Counted from the first letter of the stretch, positions 1 through 13,050 are shown. The stretch: 64,000 nucleotides of DNA from Balanoglossus misakiensis (GCA_040954595.2 CM082597.2:9827778-9891777), one strand, 5' to 3'. Made by a program: numbers and translations. Notes: generated by a model from the letters alone, not told the origin.

Positions 1-200
1 GAATCCCACACACCAAGGACCTGGGATCATATTTCTCACACTCGTCGGTGATATTTTGTCAAATCCCCAACTCGTGTGAGAAATACGATCCCAGGTCCTT
101 GGGAGTGTGAGATTCTATTAATCCCACACTCTCTATCCCACACTCCCAGCAGCCAGGATGTGAGAATGGTATTTCCTCGCTTCCTGGCACAGTATGAGAA
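1..200. mobile_element. Hairpin-ended repeat (Crypton/Eulor-like); second copy at about 49571-50187
   Basis: Arms gaatcccacacaccaaggacctgggatc / gatcccaggtccttgggagtgtgagattc; the same hairpin recurs at 50059-50182. Confidence 0.65.
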
Positions 201-588
201 AATCAGCATTGCCAAGCTTTTCTTTCAGTTTCCATAATTAAAGGGAAGACACATCACAGTTACAGAGTCTAAGAAGGACTTCAAAGCAAAAATTAGGAGG
301 ACAGCACATTGTTTTCACTGTTGGAATATATAATATGACCAAATTTTTTTACAGTTCTGTTAATGCAATAGATTTTGTTGCCCAAACACTCAGGACCAGA
401 TATGGTCTTCATATGCTCCAATGTTGGAAAATATGGGAAAGACCATGAATTTCCATCAAGCTCTGTGTCTTTTAACTGCAGACAAACATTAGCTCCTGTG
501 TGAGAGTACAATAGCTAAAGATGGCATTTTATAACATAAATTCTGCAGGAAAACTCTAAAAACCGAAAGTCCTGCCATATTGCATTAA

Positions 589-1759
589 AGTGGAACGACA
601 CCCACAATTTTGGGCTTCAAAGTACAAACCGGGTGTCAAAAACGGCAACGTTCCGATGGGTTAATTCACTTTCACTTCCTGCGCAAGCAGAAGACGCGAG
701 TTGAAAATACTACAGTGACGTCAGCAACTTGCGTTGCAGTCGACGCGCAGCGCTCTTACACGTTCGACGTGTCATTTCCAATAAACAGACACATTTTGCG
801 CGGATCTGACATGGCGAAATGTCAAGTTCATGATTTTAAAAACATGTTCGGAAAATCGACGGGGATAAGTTTCTTTCAAAGGCAATGCTCTACGTGTATT
901 GTATTTGTCGATGCGTGCAGACATAGACCCTGCAATGTCCACGATGCCATGCATGTCGACGTTTATGAACAAACCGTAAGGCCTATACAAAGTTGTTCTA
1001 ACTGCCACTGATAATAATAAACGTACCGTTTTAAATCCTTCCTGCACGTTTTTTGGTACACGTATTTGGGTTTAATTTCCATTTATTGACGATCGCATAG
1101 TTATCAAATGAAAGCAACTAAAAAGGGCAGTTTTAATACATTTTAAGAGACGAAACATGCATAGAATAACTATGGTATTGGCTTCCATTATACTACGGAC
1201 GTACTACACCTGGAGAGCAGGACGATGCACCTGTGTTCTTTTCAACTCCATAAAAGGTGACAAAGTATTTTTGTAAGAAAAGTGGTTCGAAAAGGTGACA
1301 ACGAGGGAGAGACAACAAGGGAGGGTATTGTTAACAGCATTGTCTGTTTCACCATAGACCCTAGGGTCTATGGTTTCACTGACACCACACCAAGTGTAAG
1401 CCTTGACAAACGGGACACATCGGAGATCAGAACTGCATGAACTTTTGTCCTCTGTAAAATTCAGTCGCTTGGTCGTAGAAGGGAATCTCTGGTTCAAAAT
1501 TGTAGCCTACTACCCGAGAATATGTTGCCATGCTAACGTCGTCGGTCGCGTGAGTGCAGGCATAAGCTCGCTCCAACGCGTCGGCAGCGGACAACGGTAC
1601 CACAAGTTGCTGACGTCACTCACTTCCGGGTTCGCGCAGTTTTTGGCTGGCTGTAGCTCTGTTATGCGTAAGTGAAAGTGAATGAAACCAACGTTTTTCA
1701 TAGTAATTTTTAATCGCATTTCGCAGAATTGGCTCAAAAACGGATCACAACGTTCCACT
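589..1759. mobile_element. Non-autonomous Kolobok-type DNA transposon
   Basis: TTAA TSD (585-588, 1760-1763), TIR AGTGGAACG/CGTTCCACT, and subterminal inverted repeats. Confidence 0.8.
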
Positions 1760-2167
1760 TTAATCTAAGTGTATGACCAGCAGCATACAGCACCTTTAAA
1801 TTTTTATAGATAACTTGTTAAACAGTGTTAACTGTATTTACCGTAAAGCTTGGAAAACATTGGTACATGTAAATGGTTCGAGGACCCCTGTAACACTTCT
1901 ACCCGTAAACATGACTGCATTTGATATACCACGGAAATCCCTGGTAAAACTACTGGGGTACCCAGTAACAATTACCTGAGTACCGCCCTTAAAAAAACCT
2001 CTTTTATAATGTGTTGAATTTCATTAAGAACTTAAATTGCAGTGATTCTGGTGATGTGATGTGATGTGTCAAATTCATTTTTGAACAAGAAAAATAATGA
2101 CTTTCAGTAATGTGTTAATCCATCATGTCTACCAGATATTGAAACTGTAGTTTATTTCCCTTTACAG

Positions 2168-2296
2168 GAATAACAAGATGATATTTGGCGTGTTTCTGCC
2201 ATCCAGCAACAAAGTTAGTGTATTTGCTGTGGACACAGTCAGGACCAATCAGATGCCTAACTTAACAGCAATGTATCAAGCCGAGAGGAATGCTAA
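2168..2296 (+). CDS. POLE: DNA polymerase epsilon catalytic subunit, internal exon (1st in window; upstream exons lie outside it)
   Basis: tttacag|G...AA|gtatgt; encodes NNKMIFGVFLPSSNKVSVFAVDTVRTNQMPNL, cf. vertebrate POLE [28 protein letters not shown]. Confidence 0.93.
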
Positions 2297-2747
2297 GTAT
2301 GTCAAAGTGTATTATAAAATGCTTTGTTTTTGTGAAATTTTTGAGAGGTGTGAATGCGATGCGTGGGAGCTGCAGCCAAAATCACAGGTTTGCTATTTTG
2401 TCTTTGGTTTACAAATCCTATGTGTTTACAACACAAGGTGTTTGTTTCCCTTTCCAAACTCCAAGTGACATGACATAATAATATCAAACAGTATGAGAGT
2501 GCAAAATTTACCCCCAAACTTTTCTGAAGTTGTGGTAATATTTTATTAAAGTTCTAAGTGATTTCTCTTACCTTTGAAATCTTAGATCTATGGACATATT
2601 TAGTCCGAACAAAGTGAACTATTAATAATAATAATTGATTTTAAGCGATGGGGTTATTGCTATAATCAAAAAATGATTTTGTGGCACATTAGTATCATTT
2701 TCTTAACAAAACAGCCTCAGAGAAAGCAGTAACTTAGCAGTGGTATA

Positions 2748-3319
2748 TTATAAGGTTATTCACAAAATACCGGGATTTTGTGAATAACCTTATTATTATA
2801 CACCTTTTCTGAACGTTCTTCATGAACGATAAAGAATAAATTGGCCGCTATCGGACTTTCTAGTTTTCAGACACCGCCATGATGTAATTTGCATATTGAA
2901 CGCGCCTTCACCTCGCGCATCAGGTGATGCTAGTGTCGAACTGCCTGTCTCGCGCACGACGTTCTACGCTGCTTGCGCTGAGCTCATTCTGGAACTTGAA
3001 ATGAACGCGCTCACCTGTTCGTTCACAGATTCCTTCGACTGAAATTTCAGCGTGGATTTTGACTTATTTCGCATCTTGGGTCACCAATAATTTAGTTTAA
3101 TAACGGCTGTGTACTTTTTATATACATTTTTGTCAGAGTAGGGTTAATATCACCATTGTTTACATTGATCACCAGTCCTGTGAGGTCAAAGTCACAATGC
3201 GTCCAATAACCCTGGTGTTATTGGATTCCGCGTCCTCATTTGAATAATTATTGTACGGTGATACCGCGAATTATTGTATTACGGAACTCCATAGGTTACA
3301 GCAGTAGATGTATAATAAT
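2748..3319. mobile_element. Hairpin-ended Crypton/Eulor-like element, copy with collapsed hairpin
   Basis: Colinear with 53171-53826; internal IR ttatacac / gtataa. Confidence 0.75.
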
Positions 3320-3332
3320 GAGTATTATATTG

Positions 3333-3649
3333 TACCAGTATATTGATGGTGTAAATCACGCTATTTTATTGGTCGAGACACGACACGTGACTGTGATATA
3401 TTCGTCACATACCACAGTCATATATCACGCAAAACTCATAGTCAAAGAAAATGCCTTTTTAAAATGTTTTATGCAAAGTTTCAATATACTGGTATAATAT
3501 AATAGCAATGAAACACCCCCAGCCATGGTATACCACGAGAATTTGACCAGTTCAACTCCATATATGCACTCGCTATCGCTCGTGCGTATATGTCGTGAAT
3601 TGGTCAAAATCTCGTGGTATACCATGGCTGGGGGTGTTTTATTGCTTAA
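3333..3649. mobile_element. Hairpin-ended Crypton/Eulor-like element
   Basis: Near-identical to 37587-37903; about 145-nt terminal hairpin agcaat...cacccccagccatggtataccac / gtggtataccatggctgggggtg...attgct. Confidence 0.75.
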
Positions 3650-3985
3650 CTATACGAGTATATTGGTGGATTGAGCTCTCGTCCAATCAGTAGTATGATA
3701 TAATTGTGTATTTGACCCACTGTGAAGCTGGTGTCTGGAAGTGCGTTATTTGACCAATTAATCTTGTTTCATGTGTATGCAACCCACAAACAGTGTTTTA
3801 AATAATATTTCATGGATGTGCACTTCAATATTTACAATGTCTTTTATATGTCGTTGTCAAAAAACTAAACAAAGCGTGGTATTTCAGGAGCAACATTTTC
3901 AAATACCATAATTCCAGTATACAGTGAGTGTATCGTGTCAGCAAGATTTAGAATGGGAGTATTATTAGTGTATTTTCATTTACAG

Positions 3986-4070
3986 ACTTGATAGGGCTGA
4001 TGAAGATGATGAATACATCCCTCCAGCAGATCATACCTTTGAAGTCAGAGTGGAGAAAGATGTCAGACAA
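3986..4070 (+). CDS. POLE: POLE exon 2 in window
   Basis: tttacag|A...CAA|gtaagt; LDRADEDDEYIPPADHTFEVRVEKDVRQ (cf. PPPKHTFEVRAE); phase fits neighbours. Confidence 0.92.
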
Positions 4071-4325
4071 GTAAGTGCACTTCTATCAATAATAAACCTC
4101 TCCAAACTCTAATTCTAGGACATTTTCCTGTGCTGTTTTGAACTCCGACTATATTACATATGTACATAACATATGTACTCCCAGACATCACCTGATCAAC
4201 TGCTTTGTATATCAAAGGGGCAAAGTTTCATTGTTGATAAGTTGCCACTGCTGAAGACCATGAAAAAAGAAATACTTTGTATGAAAAAGTAATTAATACC
4301 CATCCCACCCTCACAAATACCTTAA

Positions 4326-6258
4326 AGAGCATATCTTGCCTTTTTAAATTTTATCAGAAGGTTAAAAAATGATTGAAAGAAATCTAATATTTACCAAAAG
4401 TGACAATATTTTTCGGGTATCGATTTCTATAATATTTGTTTTGTTCTCATAAAATGCTTCAAAATCCACCCCGTCCTGAAAAGTCCGAGTTCAGATTTGC
4501 TGCATTTTGGTCACGTGACGTGACGTCACAAGAGGAACCCTACAGGTAGACCAGCTTTAGCGATGCTCACAGGTGTCATACGGTGTTTTCATGCTTTTCT
4601 CTGTAATACCACAATGGGAAAGGGAGTTGTTTGCCGTGGCTGCAGCAACACATTACCTAGACGAGAGTCACCCGCGTGAGTTCCCCCAAACCAATGAAAG
4701 TCTATGCCACGATCATCAACATCGTACGGTGGATATGAAGCCAGCGCGGCGGCGGCGGCCGTCACTGTCAATGCATGACTGTAGAACGATAATCGGCCAG
4801 GTTCGAATCACGAGAAGACAATCCACACCCATACAGGAAAATAAAAGCCTGTCAGCAGGAGAGGTCGACCAACAGATCGTTTATACCCGGTATTGGTGTT
4901 CATACAATGTTCCAGCGACCGCGATTTACACAGTACTGTAGACTAGTACTAGTAGTAGTAGGTGAACTGGCAGGATGCGTAAACACAATTTTGCGTTGGC
5001 CGACATCATGTTGAGATTGTTTATTATTATTCACGCTTCCATCTGGCTAACCGGTACCCAGTGACCGCAAACATCGATAATTAAGGTTGACAGCAATCGA
5101 TGTAAAAACTTGAACGTTCAAAATATTACCGTTACTATTTCACGTTTTTTTTCAGTCGTAGCTTTGTATGGCTTCGGCTGAATGGTCGCCATCTTTCTTT
5201 TCTAAATTCTTTGTTTACCAGTTTTAGGTCGCACTATGTCCGACTCATCGGCTCCAAAACACACTTTGAAACAAAATGTGTTGAATAAATTGTGCTTCGT
5301 GTGAGTGAAAACCTTTTCTAAACTTTAATAGATATTCGTGTGTATCACTGAAAATGTTTCATGCTTTGTGAGCGTGAGTGGGTCGGCCTGGCATGATCGC
5401 CTGTTGCTGTTGGTTGTATGGTTTCATTTTGTTATAATGCAGTATGAAGCATGTCAAGGAACTTCCATGATTACAGCGACAAGTCATAAATGTTTCTGTT
5501 TGTCATCACCAAAAAGGCATAGCTTACATGTAATTCAGAAGACTGAATTTTAGTGCCAGCATGGTACATATACATCGCGGCGCGATACGTGTCATTGCTG
5601 CGGACAGCGTGTACACGCATCGGCGCTGATGGAGTTCCCTTGTAATAACACGCGCATATTTTGTCTGTTGAGGCAGTGATCGAAAATCGCCAAAAGACCA
5701 CGATCAGTTGTCAATAAGTTGACATTGTCCAAGATAAGTAGATTTAGACCCAACACTCTAGTCCTAAACCTCTGGGCAATATTCCACGGTTTAATCGAGG
5801 CAGCAATCATTGTATGTGTAAGGTGCCGATACACATCCGCTGCCATTGCATGTTGTGTACTGCTTGCAATGCGTAGCCGTAGCCTAGCCGGGCCGAGTAG
5901 TGTTATTTTTTCATAATCACATCTCCCCTAGATGATATGGTATATATGTACGTTTATTTTGAAGGGAACGGGGGATCCAGAGTTGTACTGAGGCTGACCC
6001 AGCAAAGCTGTTTAGATCACAGACATGTATGATTGCAATTCAACCACAGCAATGTAGTCTTGCAAACGTAAATGGGTTCCTCTTGTGACGTCACGGTAAT
6101 GGGCGTGGCCCAAACAGAAGTTTTTTCTCAGGCCCTGAACATTTTTAAATTTAACATTTATTTATCCATATGAAATAAGTAAAAGGACACCAGCATTTAA
6201 CACACAAGCCCAATTATTATTTATCCTCAAAAGTGTGTTTCGAGGTAAGATATGCTCT
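4326..6258. mobile_element. Non-autonomous Kolobok-type DNA transposon
   Basis: TTAA TSD (4322-4325, 6259-6262), TIR AGAGCATATCTT, subterminal IR gtgacgtcacaagaggaaccc. Confidence 0.8.
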
Positions 6259-6336
6259 TTAAGGTTTGTCAAATGGCTTCAGTGCTTAAAAATGTATATT
6301 GATGGTATGTTTGTATTTGTTACTGCTGTATTACAG

Positions 6337-6421
6337 GTATATCGTGCTATTAATAGGCTGCTGATGTCTTACAAAGATGAGAAGCGAGGACCTACCTATG
6401 TCGCCGTACAGTCAGTACATG
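6337..6421 (+). CDS. POLE: POLE exon 3 in window
   Basis: ttacag|GTA...G|gtattg; VYRAINRLLMSYKDEKRGPTYVAVQS (cf. YKEERRGPTLIAVQS). Confidence 0.92.
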
Positions 6422-6823
6422 GTATTGCAACAGTTTTTTTTCTCTCAACAATAAAACCCATCTTATGGAAAGTTTTGCCACATACAAGGCATCATCTAGA
6501 TATTACCTACCTGTTAGACATTATATAGCTATTGCCTTGACAAAAGCAAAAACCAAACAAGAGAGAGACAAACAAAGAATTACAATTTTGTTTTCATGAC
6601 TTTAAAAACATGATTTTAAATGACCACAATAATTGTTTATTGATTTTGAAAGAAAAACTGTTGCAGCACAAAATTTTTACAGCTGAATATTGCCCAGAAG
6701 ATGGTCACTCCACCTTTGAGTGACCATGGTTTAACATCCATACATGATTTCTTCTGATGATTTTTATTCTATTGCACAGTGAGAACTATGTCATTGACAA
6801 TGACTTGTTTGTTCTGATTTCAG

Positions 6824-6984
6824 ACAACCAACAACTGATGAGTAACATTGGATCGCTGGATGACTTTCCATTAGTTCGGGTACATGTCAGTGATAACCCA
6901 TCAGTGTACAATGTATTGGATTGGCAAAGACAGGGATCAAGAAGAATGCTACAACATTACTTGAATGTTGATTATCTTCTAGCT
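6824..6984 (+). CDS. POLE: POLE exon 4 in window
   Basis: tttcag|AC...GCT|gtaagt; LDDFPLV...VLDWQRQGSRRMLQHYLN. Confidence 0.94.
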
Positions 6985-7583
6985 GTAAGTACACATACAT
7001 ATATACATACCCACCTGCCTACACACATAAAGACATTCATCAATCCGGAAATGAAATTTCACCATAAAAAGTCCCGCAGTGTTGATTTAAAATGTTGATG
7101 ATTGTTACAGCTTTTCCTCCCTGTAGTCAGGCGGAGTAATACACTGTTTCATAGTTGTAGTGCGACACTTGTCGCACTAATACATTGATCTTGCCCAGTG
7201 CGGTTTTCAATGAGTTTATTGTATTACCCTTCTATGGACCTTGTTATGGATTGATTTATTGTTAATATGTCCAGTAAGTGTATTGTGGCAATCACTGATC
7301 TGCAATCACTTCAAGAAAGGCGGTAATCTCAAAAATGCCCTGAAAAACACTGAAAATTCCAGAATGTCGAGAGACTTTGAATGGCTAAGTTAGAGCTTAG
7401 GAAACAAGTTCTAACACAAATAGTTCATCCATGTATGTAATTAAATTGGTTTATTATGGAATTCAAACTCAATCATTCATACCAATTTATGTAGCAAGCA
7501 AATCCACACATGAGACCACTCAGCACATCCCTTCCTTTTCAATGTCAGATATAATTTGTCTGTATTTTTTTTTCTCATTGCAG

Positions 7584-7759
7584 AACTATTTAGAACAGTG
7601 TCGTTACTTTCACATTCCTCTTGGCAACCTCCCATCTGATCCAGGTCTGTTTGGTTCTGATCTGTTCTTTGCAAGACACCTTCAAAAACATGGCCATTTG
7701 CAATGGACCTCTCCCACAGATAGACCTGATCTAGGGGGTAAAGAAGCTGATGATAACAG
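7584..7759 (+). CDS. POLE: POLE exon 5 in window
   Basis: ttgcag|AAC...AG|gtaact; [11 protein letters not shown]...[11 protein letters not shown]...[12 protein letters not shown]. Confidence 0.96.
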
Positions 7760-7782
7760 GTAACTATGTAACAACCATATTA

Positions 7783-10700
7783 AAGTGGACATGACCTCTC
7801 CACAGTCCCAAAAATGCATTTTCAAAGTTACAAATATATACTGGCACGTACTTCATAAAATAAATTGATTTCCTGTCGAAAACTGTGGTGTTAACCCTAA
7901 AATTAGCGATTTATCATCAAATCACAGCCTTTGAAAAAAGCCCGCTAAAAGGCCAGCTGCTCTTTGAGTGATATGCAAATTAACTTACTGCCGTCAACGC
8001 AGGAACGGAACCTGAGCAGCTGGATGCTGTGTTGTGTGTGAAGTGTCCGTGGTTGAAGGTGACCGTTATCTTGTCAGAACCCTACTTTTTGACGATTTAT
8101 CCTGTGCCAAAAGTTTAGCCATGCCAAATCGTTGAGTTGTGGCTGGGTGCCAAAAGTTCCCAAGTGAATGCGTGTATTTATAAGGCCAGAGCGCCTGAGT
8201 GCCATATCTAAGGCTATGCATACCGGCTTTGGTAAAGACTTGCACTATTGCTCCAATAAAAACGCACCAGAATCCGTCATATACGAACATGATCACTCAT
8301 ACACGTCTCTGTGAATATTCAGTGGTAGAAACTATGGCAATTTTTTCTTATTTTGGCAGAAATAAAGCTGATTTTGATGAAAATTTGCTATTGGGTTGTG
8401 TTCAGAGAGCGTGGGGACGCGGTTGTTATAAATGCTGTCAAATTAAAATTGACGAGCCACAGGTTGAAATAAAACCCTACCAAATTCCGTACAAACATCA
8501 ATTACAGCATAGTCACAAGTTTACTGATATTATAATCGGCAATGAGTGGCGACGAAATATGTAAAAAATACTGCTTTTCGTGACAAGAAGCAGCACTTTA
8601 TTCACAGATCGATAAATTTTAGAGGTCAACCACCTGTCAAAAAAGTAAACAAATCGTGTGAATATATAATGAATAAACATCGCAGTCATCAAATCTCTAG
8701 AAAATACTCTTCACAGCTGGTTTACTGAGCTGAAGGATGTTTTTGTTATTCATGTACCTCTCGCATCGTCGATTCATCGTGTACTCATACTGTTTGCAAC
8801 CACGTGATCGAGATTATTTTTGCGAGTCAAAGTTCCTATGCAACTTGCAAGTTTCGTTGGCATAAATACCTCACAGGGAATAGGGGCCTTGTAAGTTGTT
8901 GTGTTTTTGTCAAACTTGGGCATTGATCAACCAAGAGCCGTAAATGTAATTGAAAGGTAGTAGTAGTACAAATGTACCTCCACGTGTAAGACGATTCCCA
9001 ATGTTGTAAAAACACGCCAGTCCAGATTCCAGACTACCTTCTACATGTATAAGCATCTGGAGCCAACGGCCCATGCAACTGTGTGTGCCATTTTATAATT
9101 TAATAAAAAAAATTTGTTCCATTCTTTAGTTATAAATTGATCATACATGTATCATATAGTGTGCCTCTCGATCATTTTAGTTGATTAGGCACGGTTCTGC
9201 GCAGAGTGTAAAAAGTTAAATTTTATTTCCAGTGTTTTTCATACAAAGTTGTAGTGTAGTGCTGTGAGGTTATTTTAGTACATACTATGTATTTATTAAA
9301 TTTGGGACTGAAATTTTTCGCACGTTTGCAATATTGTAGGTTGGTATAGCAACCAAACCCTTTTGCAGCCTATCCTGGGCTGAAGACGCCGGAAATCCAT
9401 GTTTAACTTCCTGCATCTCAACAATTTGCAGGGTGACCCCCTATTTTTTGCCTTAAGGTGGTTGGAAAGGCTAGGGCGTCAGTTAAAATTTCATTTAAAA
9501 ACACTGAGTTTATATCTAGAAGTGTATTAGAGAAAAATTAAACTTATGAAAAATTCGGGGCAATAAACGTGTAACAAGATATGGCTGGTTTTATGATACC
9601 TAATTTCATACATCAGGCAAGGAAGCTAGGGACCCTTATTTGAGCGCCCTCTAGGGGAAGACTTCTCCTAGGCTATGCGCACAAGGACAGGTTCCCCTAG
9701 CCAAGGGCATTTAAATGTAAGTTGCAAACACTGATTCTTGCGATTTTCAGCGATAGATAACCTTGCTTGTTTATTAAAGGCTGCCAAATTATGGACATTT
9801 TTGCATTTCTAGGGAACCCGAAAGGCCTGCGGAAAAGCGTTTGACCCAGATAAATGCAATCCTTCGCCGTGAACTGCCGCTAAACTTTGCGTATTTCACT
9901 ACTTTTCTGCCCTTCGCCATAATGTAATGGTTTTTATTTGTGATTGAATTGGTATGCCAGATATTTTTTTTATCATGAAACTTTCAGGAAAGGCTCGGGA
10001 CATCCCAAAGAACAATTTTACGGGACAGTTTTTTCATAAGTTTTCCCGTTGTGTTTTGGCAGCACGTTAAAGTTGTATACAAAATATCAACAAAAACTGT
10101 GTTTTCCTGAGTGATAACTTTGAATAAAATAAGGTTATGCTGAAAGTGTCCCGTACATTGCTGGAGGGGTTGCTTCATATTAAAATGAATACATATTATT
10201 CAATAATTTGTGAAAACATGTCAAGATTCAATCAATATTTTGTAAAATTATGAATATTTATATTTAGGCGTATCAAATTTCATAATTTTAGCAGATATTT
10301 TTACAGTCATATTTTTCCCTCACTTTTTAGTTTGTTAAGAATACATGCTGCAAATTTCAAGTCATTATCTTTATTTTAACTTGTGAAAATAAATTCACAA
10401 ACATTGAGAGAATTTGCTTCAAAAATAGCCTTTCCAACCACCTTAAATTGATTTGATATCTTTCAAACAAGGTATCTACCAAGTTTAAAAAAAAGTTTAA
10501 GTCTAGAAGTGGTAGAAAACTAATTTTCAGGCAATTCTATATTGGATTTAACAGTTGTATTGATATGCGATTATCATATTGAACACGATAAAATCTCAAA
10601 ATTGCTAAAAATAAAATATTCAGTAGGTTTACATTCTATAATGGTGAAAAAAATATGATGACCCTCCCAAAATACTTATTTATGTAGCCGTTTTACAAAG

Positions 10701-10800
10701 ATCTACGAACACTGGTAAAAGCTTAAAGAGGTGCTAGGTAGAGGACGCTTTTCCCAAAAATCTAGCTGGTTTTGCAGCTGACCTGTATCGACCGCTCCTT
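7783..10800 (+). mobile_element. Degenerate Kolobok-like element with THAP remnant (ends uncertain)
   Basis: Starts after TTAA; MPNR*VVAGC at 8121 and HTRLCE downstream resemble a THAP zinc finger; TIRs match poorly. Confidence 0.45.
9457..10442. mobile_element. Nested TTAA/Kolobok-type MITE
   Basis: TTAA TSD; 17-bp TIR GGTGGTTGGAAAGGCTA/TAGCCTTTCCAACCACC. Confidence 0.85.
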
Positions 10801-10907
10801 TAAAAATGTGCTCACATGTTTTTTTTCCCGAACAACAGTCTATAAATCCAGCTGCATTGCTATTGACATAGTTGTTGACTTAAATTGTGTTTGGGAAATT
10901 TTCTCAG

Positions 10908-11019
10908 ACTAGTGATGGAGTTTGAAGAAACTAGTGTTGAAGTGAATAACCCAGGATGTTATCCGACCGTGTGCGTTGAGTTAGATATTGCAAGTTTGGC
11001 TGTTAATACATTACTCCAG
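10908..11019 (+). CDS. POLE: POLE exon 6 in window
   Basis: tctcag|A...CAG|gtaagg; [37 protein letters not shown]. Confidence 0.95.
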
Positions 11020-11667
11020 GTAAGGCAAGAAATCCTAATATTGACTTAGATATATGTAAGCATCTTTTTGGTAATTCTTGTCACATTTTAAAATGTATCA
11101 ACTGCTTTTAACACAAAATTTTAGACTGCTAAGACCCCCCCCCCCCCCCCCCTTTACATAATTTATATTGATGCTACTTCCAGTACTAATTTTGCCACAC
11201 TTGACTGGGATATGCAGGAGCAGGTGTTCATGGTGTCTCTATGGCCCTTCTTTGCTGAAGGAAAGCCCTTCTAAAAAATTGAATTTCTTTACATACCCAA
11301 ATGCAATATCAAGGAATATCATAATGTAACACTTGCAGAAGAAATCTCAAATGTTATGAAGACATGTCAGTAACAAAGGCTGGTGTACATCTAAGACAAG
11401 ACACAATTAGTATCAGTCTGTTTCTGATAAAGAAAAATACAAAGTGGCATTTTAAATTTTAAAATATTCGATAGCTAAAAGTACTGATAATTCTGAGGAA
11501 ATTCTATCAAATCAGTTTCTTCAAGTGAAAATGTGAACTGCATCACCAACATTTACCTGATCATTTGACAAAAGATTGTCATGCTGCAAAACCTTGATAT
11601 TAGCCTGTTGTGATAGCATGATTGATTAACTTGTCTAATTCAAATTTGTTTTGTTTTGTAAACACAG

Positions 11668-11825
11668 TCACATCACATCAATGAGATGGAGGGAGCGGCT
11701 GCCAATATTGGATTTGATGCAGTACCACAAACGTCATTAGAGGACATGGTTACCAGTGGGACAGCCAGTAATATCTCTCAGTTAGCAAGCTATGATGAAA
11801 CTGCATTATGCTCTGGTGCATTCAA
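11668..11825 (+). CDS. POLE: POLE exon 7 in window
   Basis: acacag|TCA...AA|gtaagt; SHHINEMEG...SLEDMVT...[13 protein letters not shown]. Confidence 0.95.
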
Positions 11826-12043
11826 GTAAGTTGGTGTCATGATTGATATTATATTCCAACGGAGCCAAAAAAGCAGATTGATATCAATCTCTATAATCAT
11901 ACAATACCTACACTTGTTTTGTTTTGCACCAAAACCATGCATTAACAAGATATATCCCATGGTGTTCAGCTGTATGTTGATGGACACTTCACTAAATCAA
12001 ACATATGTTGAAGTAAAAGCACCAAATTGAAGCGTGGATATAT

Positions 12044-13050
12044 TTAGAGAATAATGAACGCCCCAAAGACCCATAATGGACGAAAGCACACATTGTGCGT
12101 CATAATATACGAGGCGAAGCCGAGTATATTATGGAGCACAATGTGTGCTTGAGTCCATTATGGGTCTTTGGGGCGTTCATTATTCTCATTATTTTATAGT
12201 TTTGTCAATGCCAGTGAATTTGCAGACTTCAAAAAATATAGGTGCGAACAATTCAGACTCGGACACGGAGATCGAGAACAGAGCAATGGCGTACGCGTAA
12301 ACAAAAGGTCACCTGATCGCGGTGTATCAGTGTACTGTACATTTCTAGTATCATATTCAAACATCAGGAAATAAATCATGAAGGTTTATTTACGCATGTG
12401 AGAATTCATTTAAGGGTTCTGCTGAAATATATCTGAAAAAGTTTCGATTTTTGTGTAATCTTGGGGAGGACTCGGGGAATATTTGAATTCGTTTGCGTTC
12501 TCAGGAAAGTTCACGTATACGGGCGCTCGGAAGGTTGCATTACATAAACAAACTTGCCCTCGATCGACCCTCCGTACCGCGTAGACAACATGACAAGTGA
12601 CACTTGCGGCATATTTTTTTTACGTATATCTTCGTTGACATGACTGCTTGGTACATGGTACACGGTATGTATGGTGAACGAATGTCAAATCCAGCATCAT
12701 GGAGAGGTTTGCTTTACGTGCGTGAGCGAGCCATGTTGACTGCGCGTGATTCAAGAGCAGACGACATGTACTGCAGCCGTAGGAAGACAAAATAAACAAA
12801 ACGCCAGTCGAGGACAGATTTGGAAATTAATAAATATCGCCGTATTTATTCTGTGTACGTTTGCATTTCTTTTTTTAGCCCTCTAAATGTTCGCATTGTC
12901 TGAAAACTTCCGTTATTCAGTCGGAAATTGTACACGTCCAATGGTTCTTGGGTGCGTCGCGCGTCCATCGAATAACACGATACATTATCAGTAATAATGT
13001 ATAGCTATGACGTCACAAAATTCACTGGTATTGATAAAGCTATAATATAA
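12044..13050. mobile_element. Hairpin-ended Crypton/Eulor-like element
   Basis: About 140-nt hairpin with GCGAAGC apex (12047-12187); IR atagttttgtcaatgccagtgaattt / aaattcactggtattgataaagctat. Confidence 0.7.

Noticed and set aside
3240-3497. ORF repeated at 37557-37751
   Set aside because: Lies in a short repeat; start codons differ and there is no domain signal.
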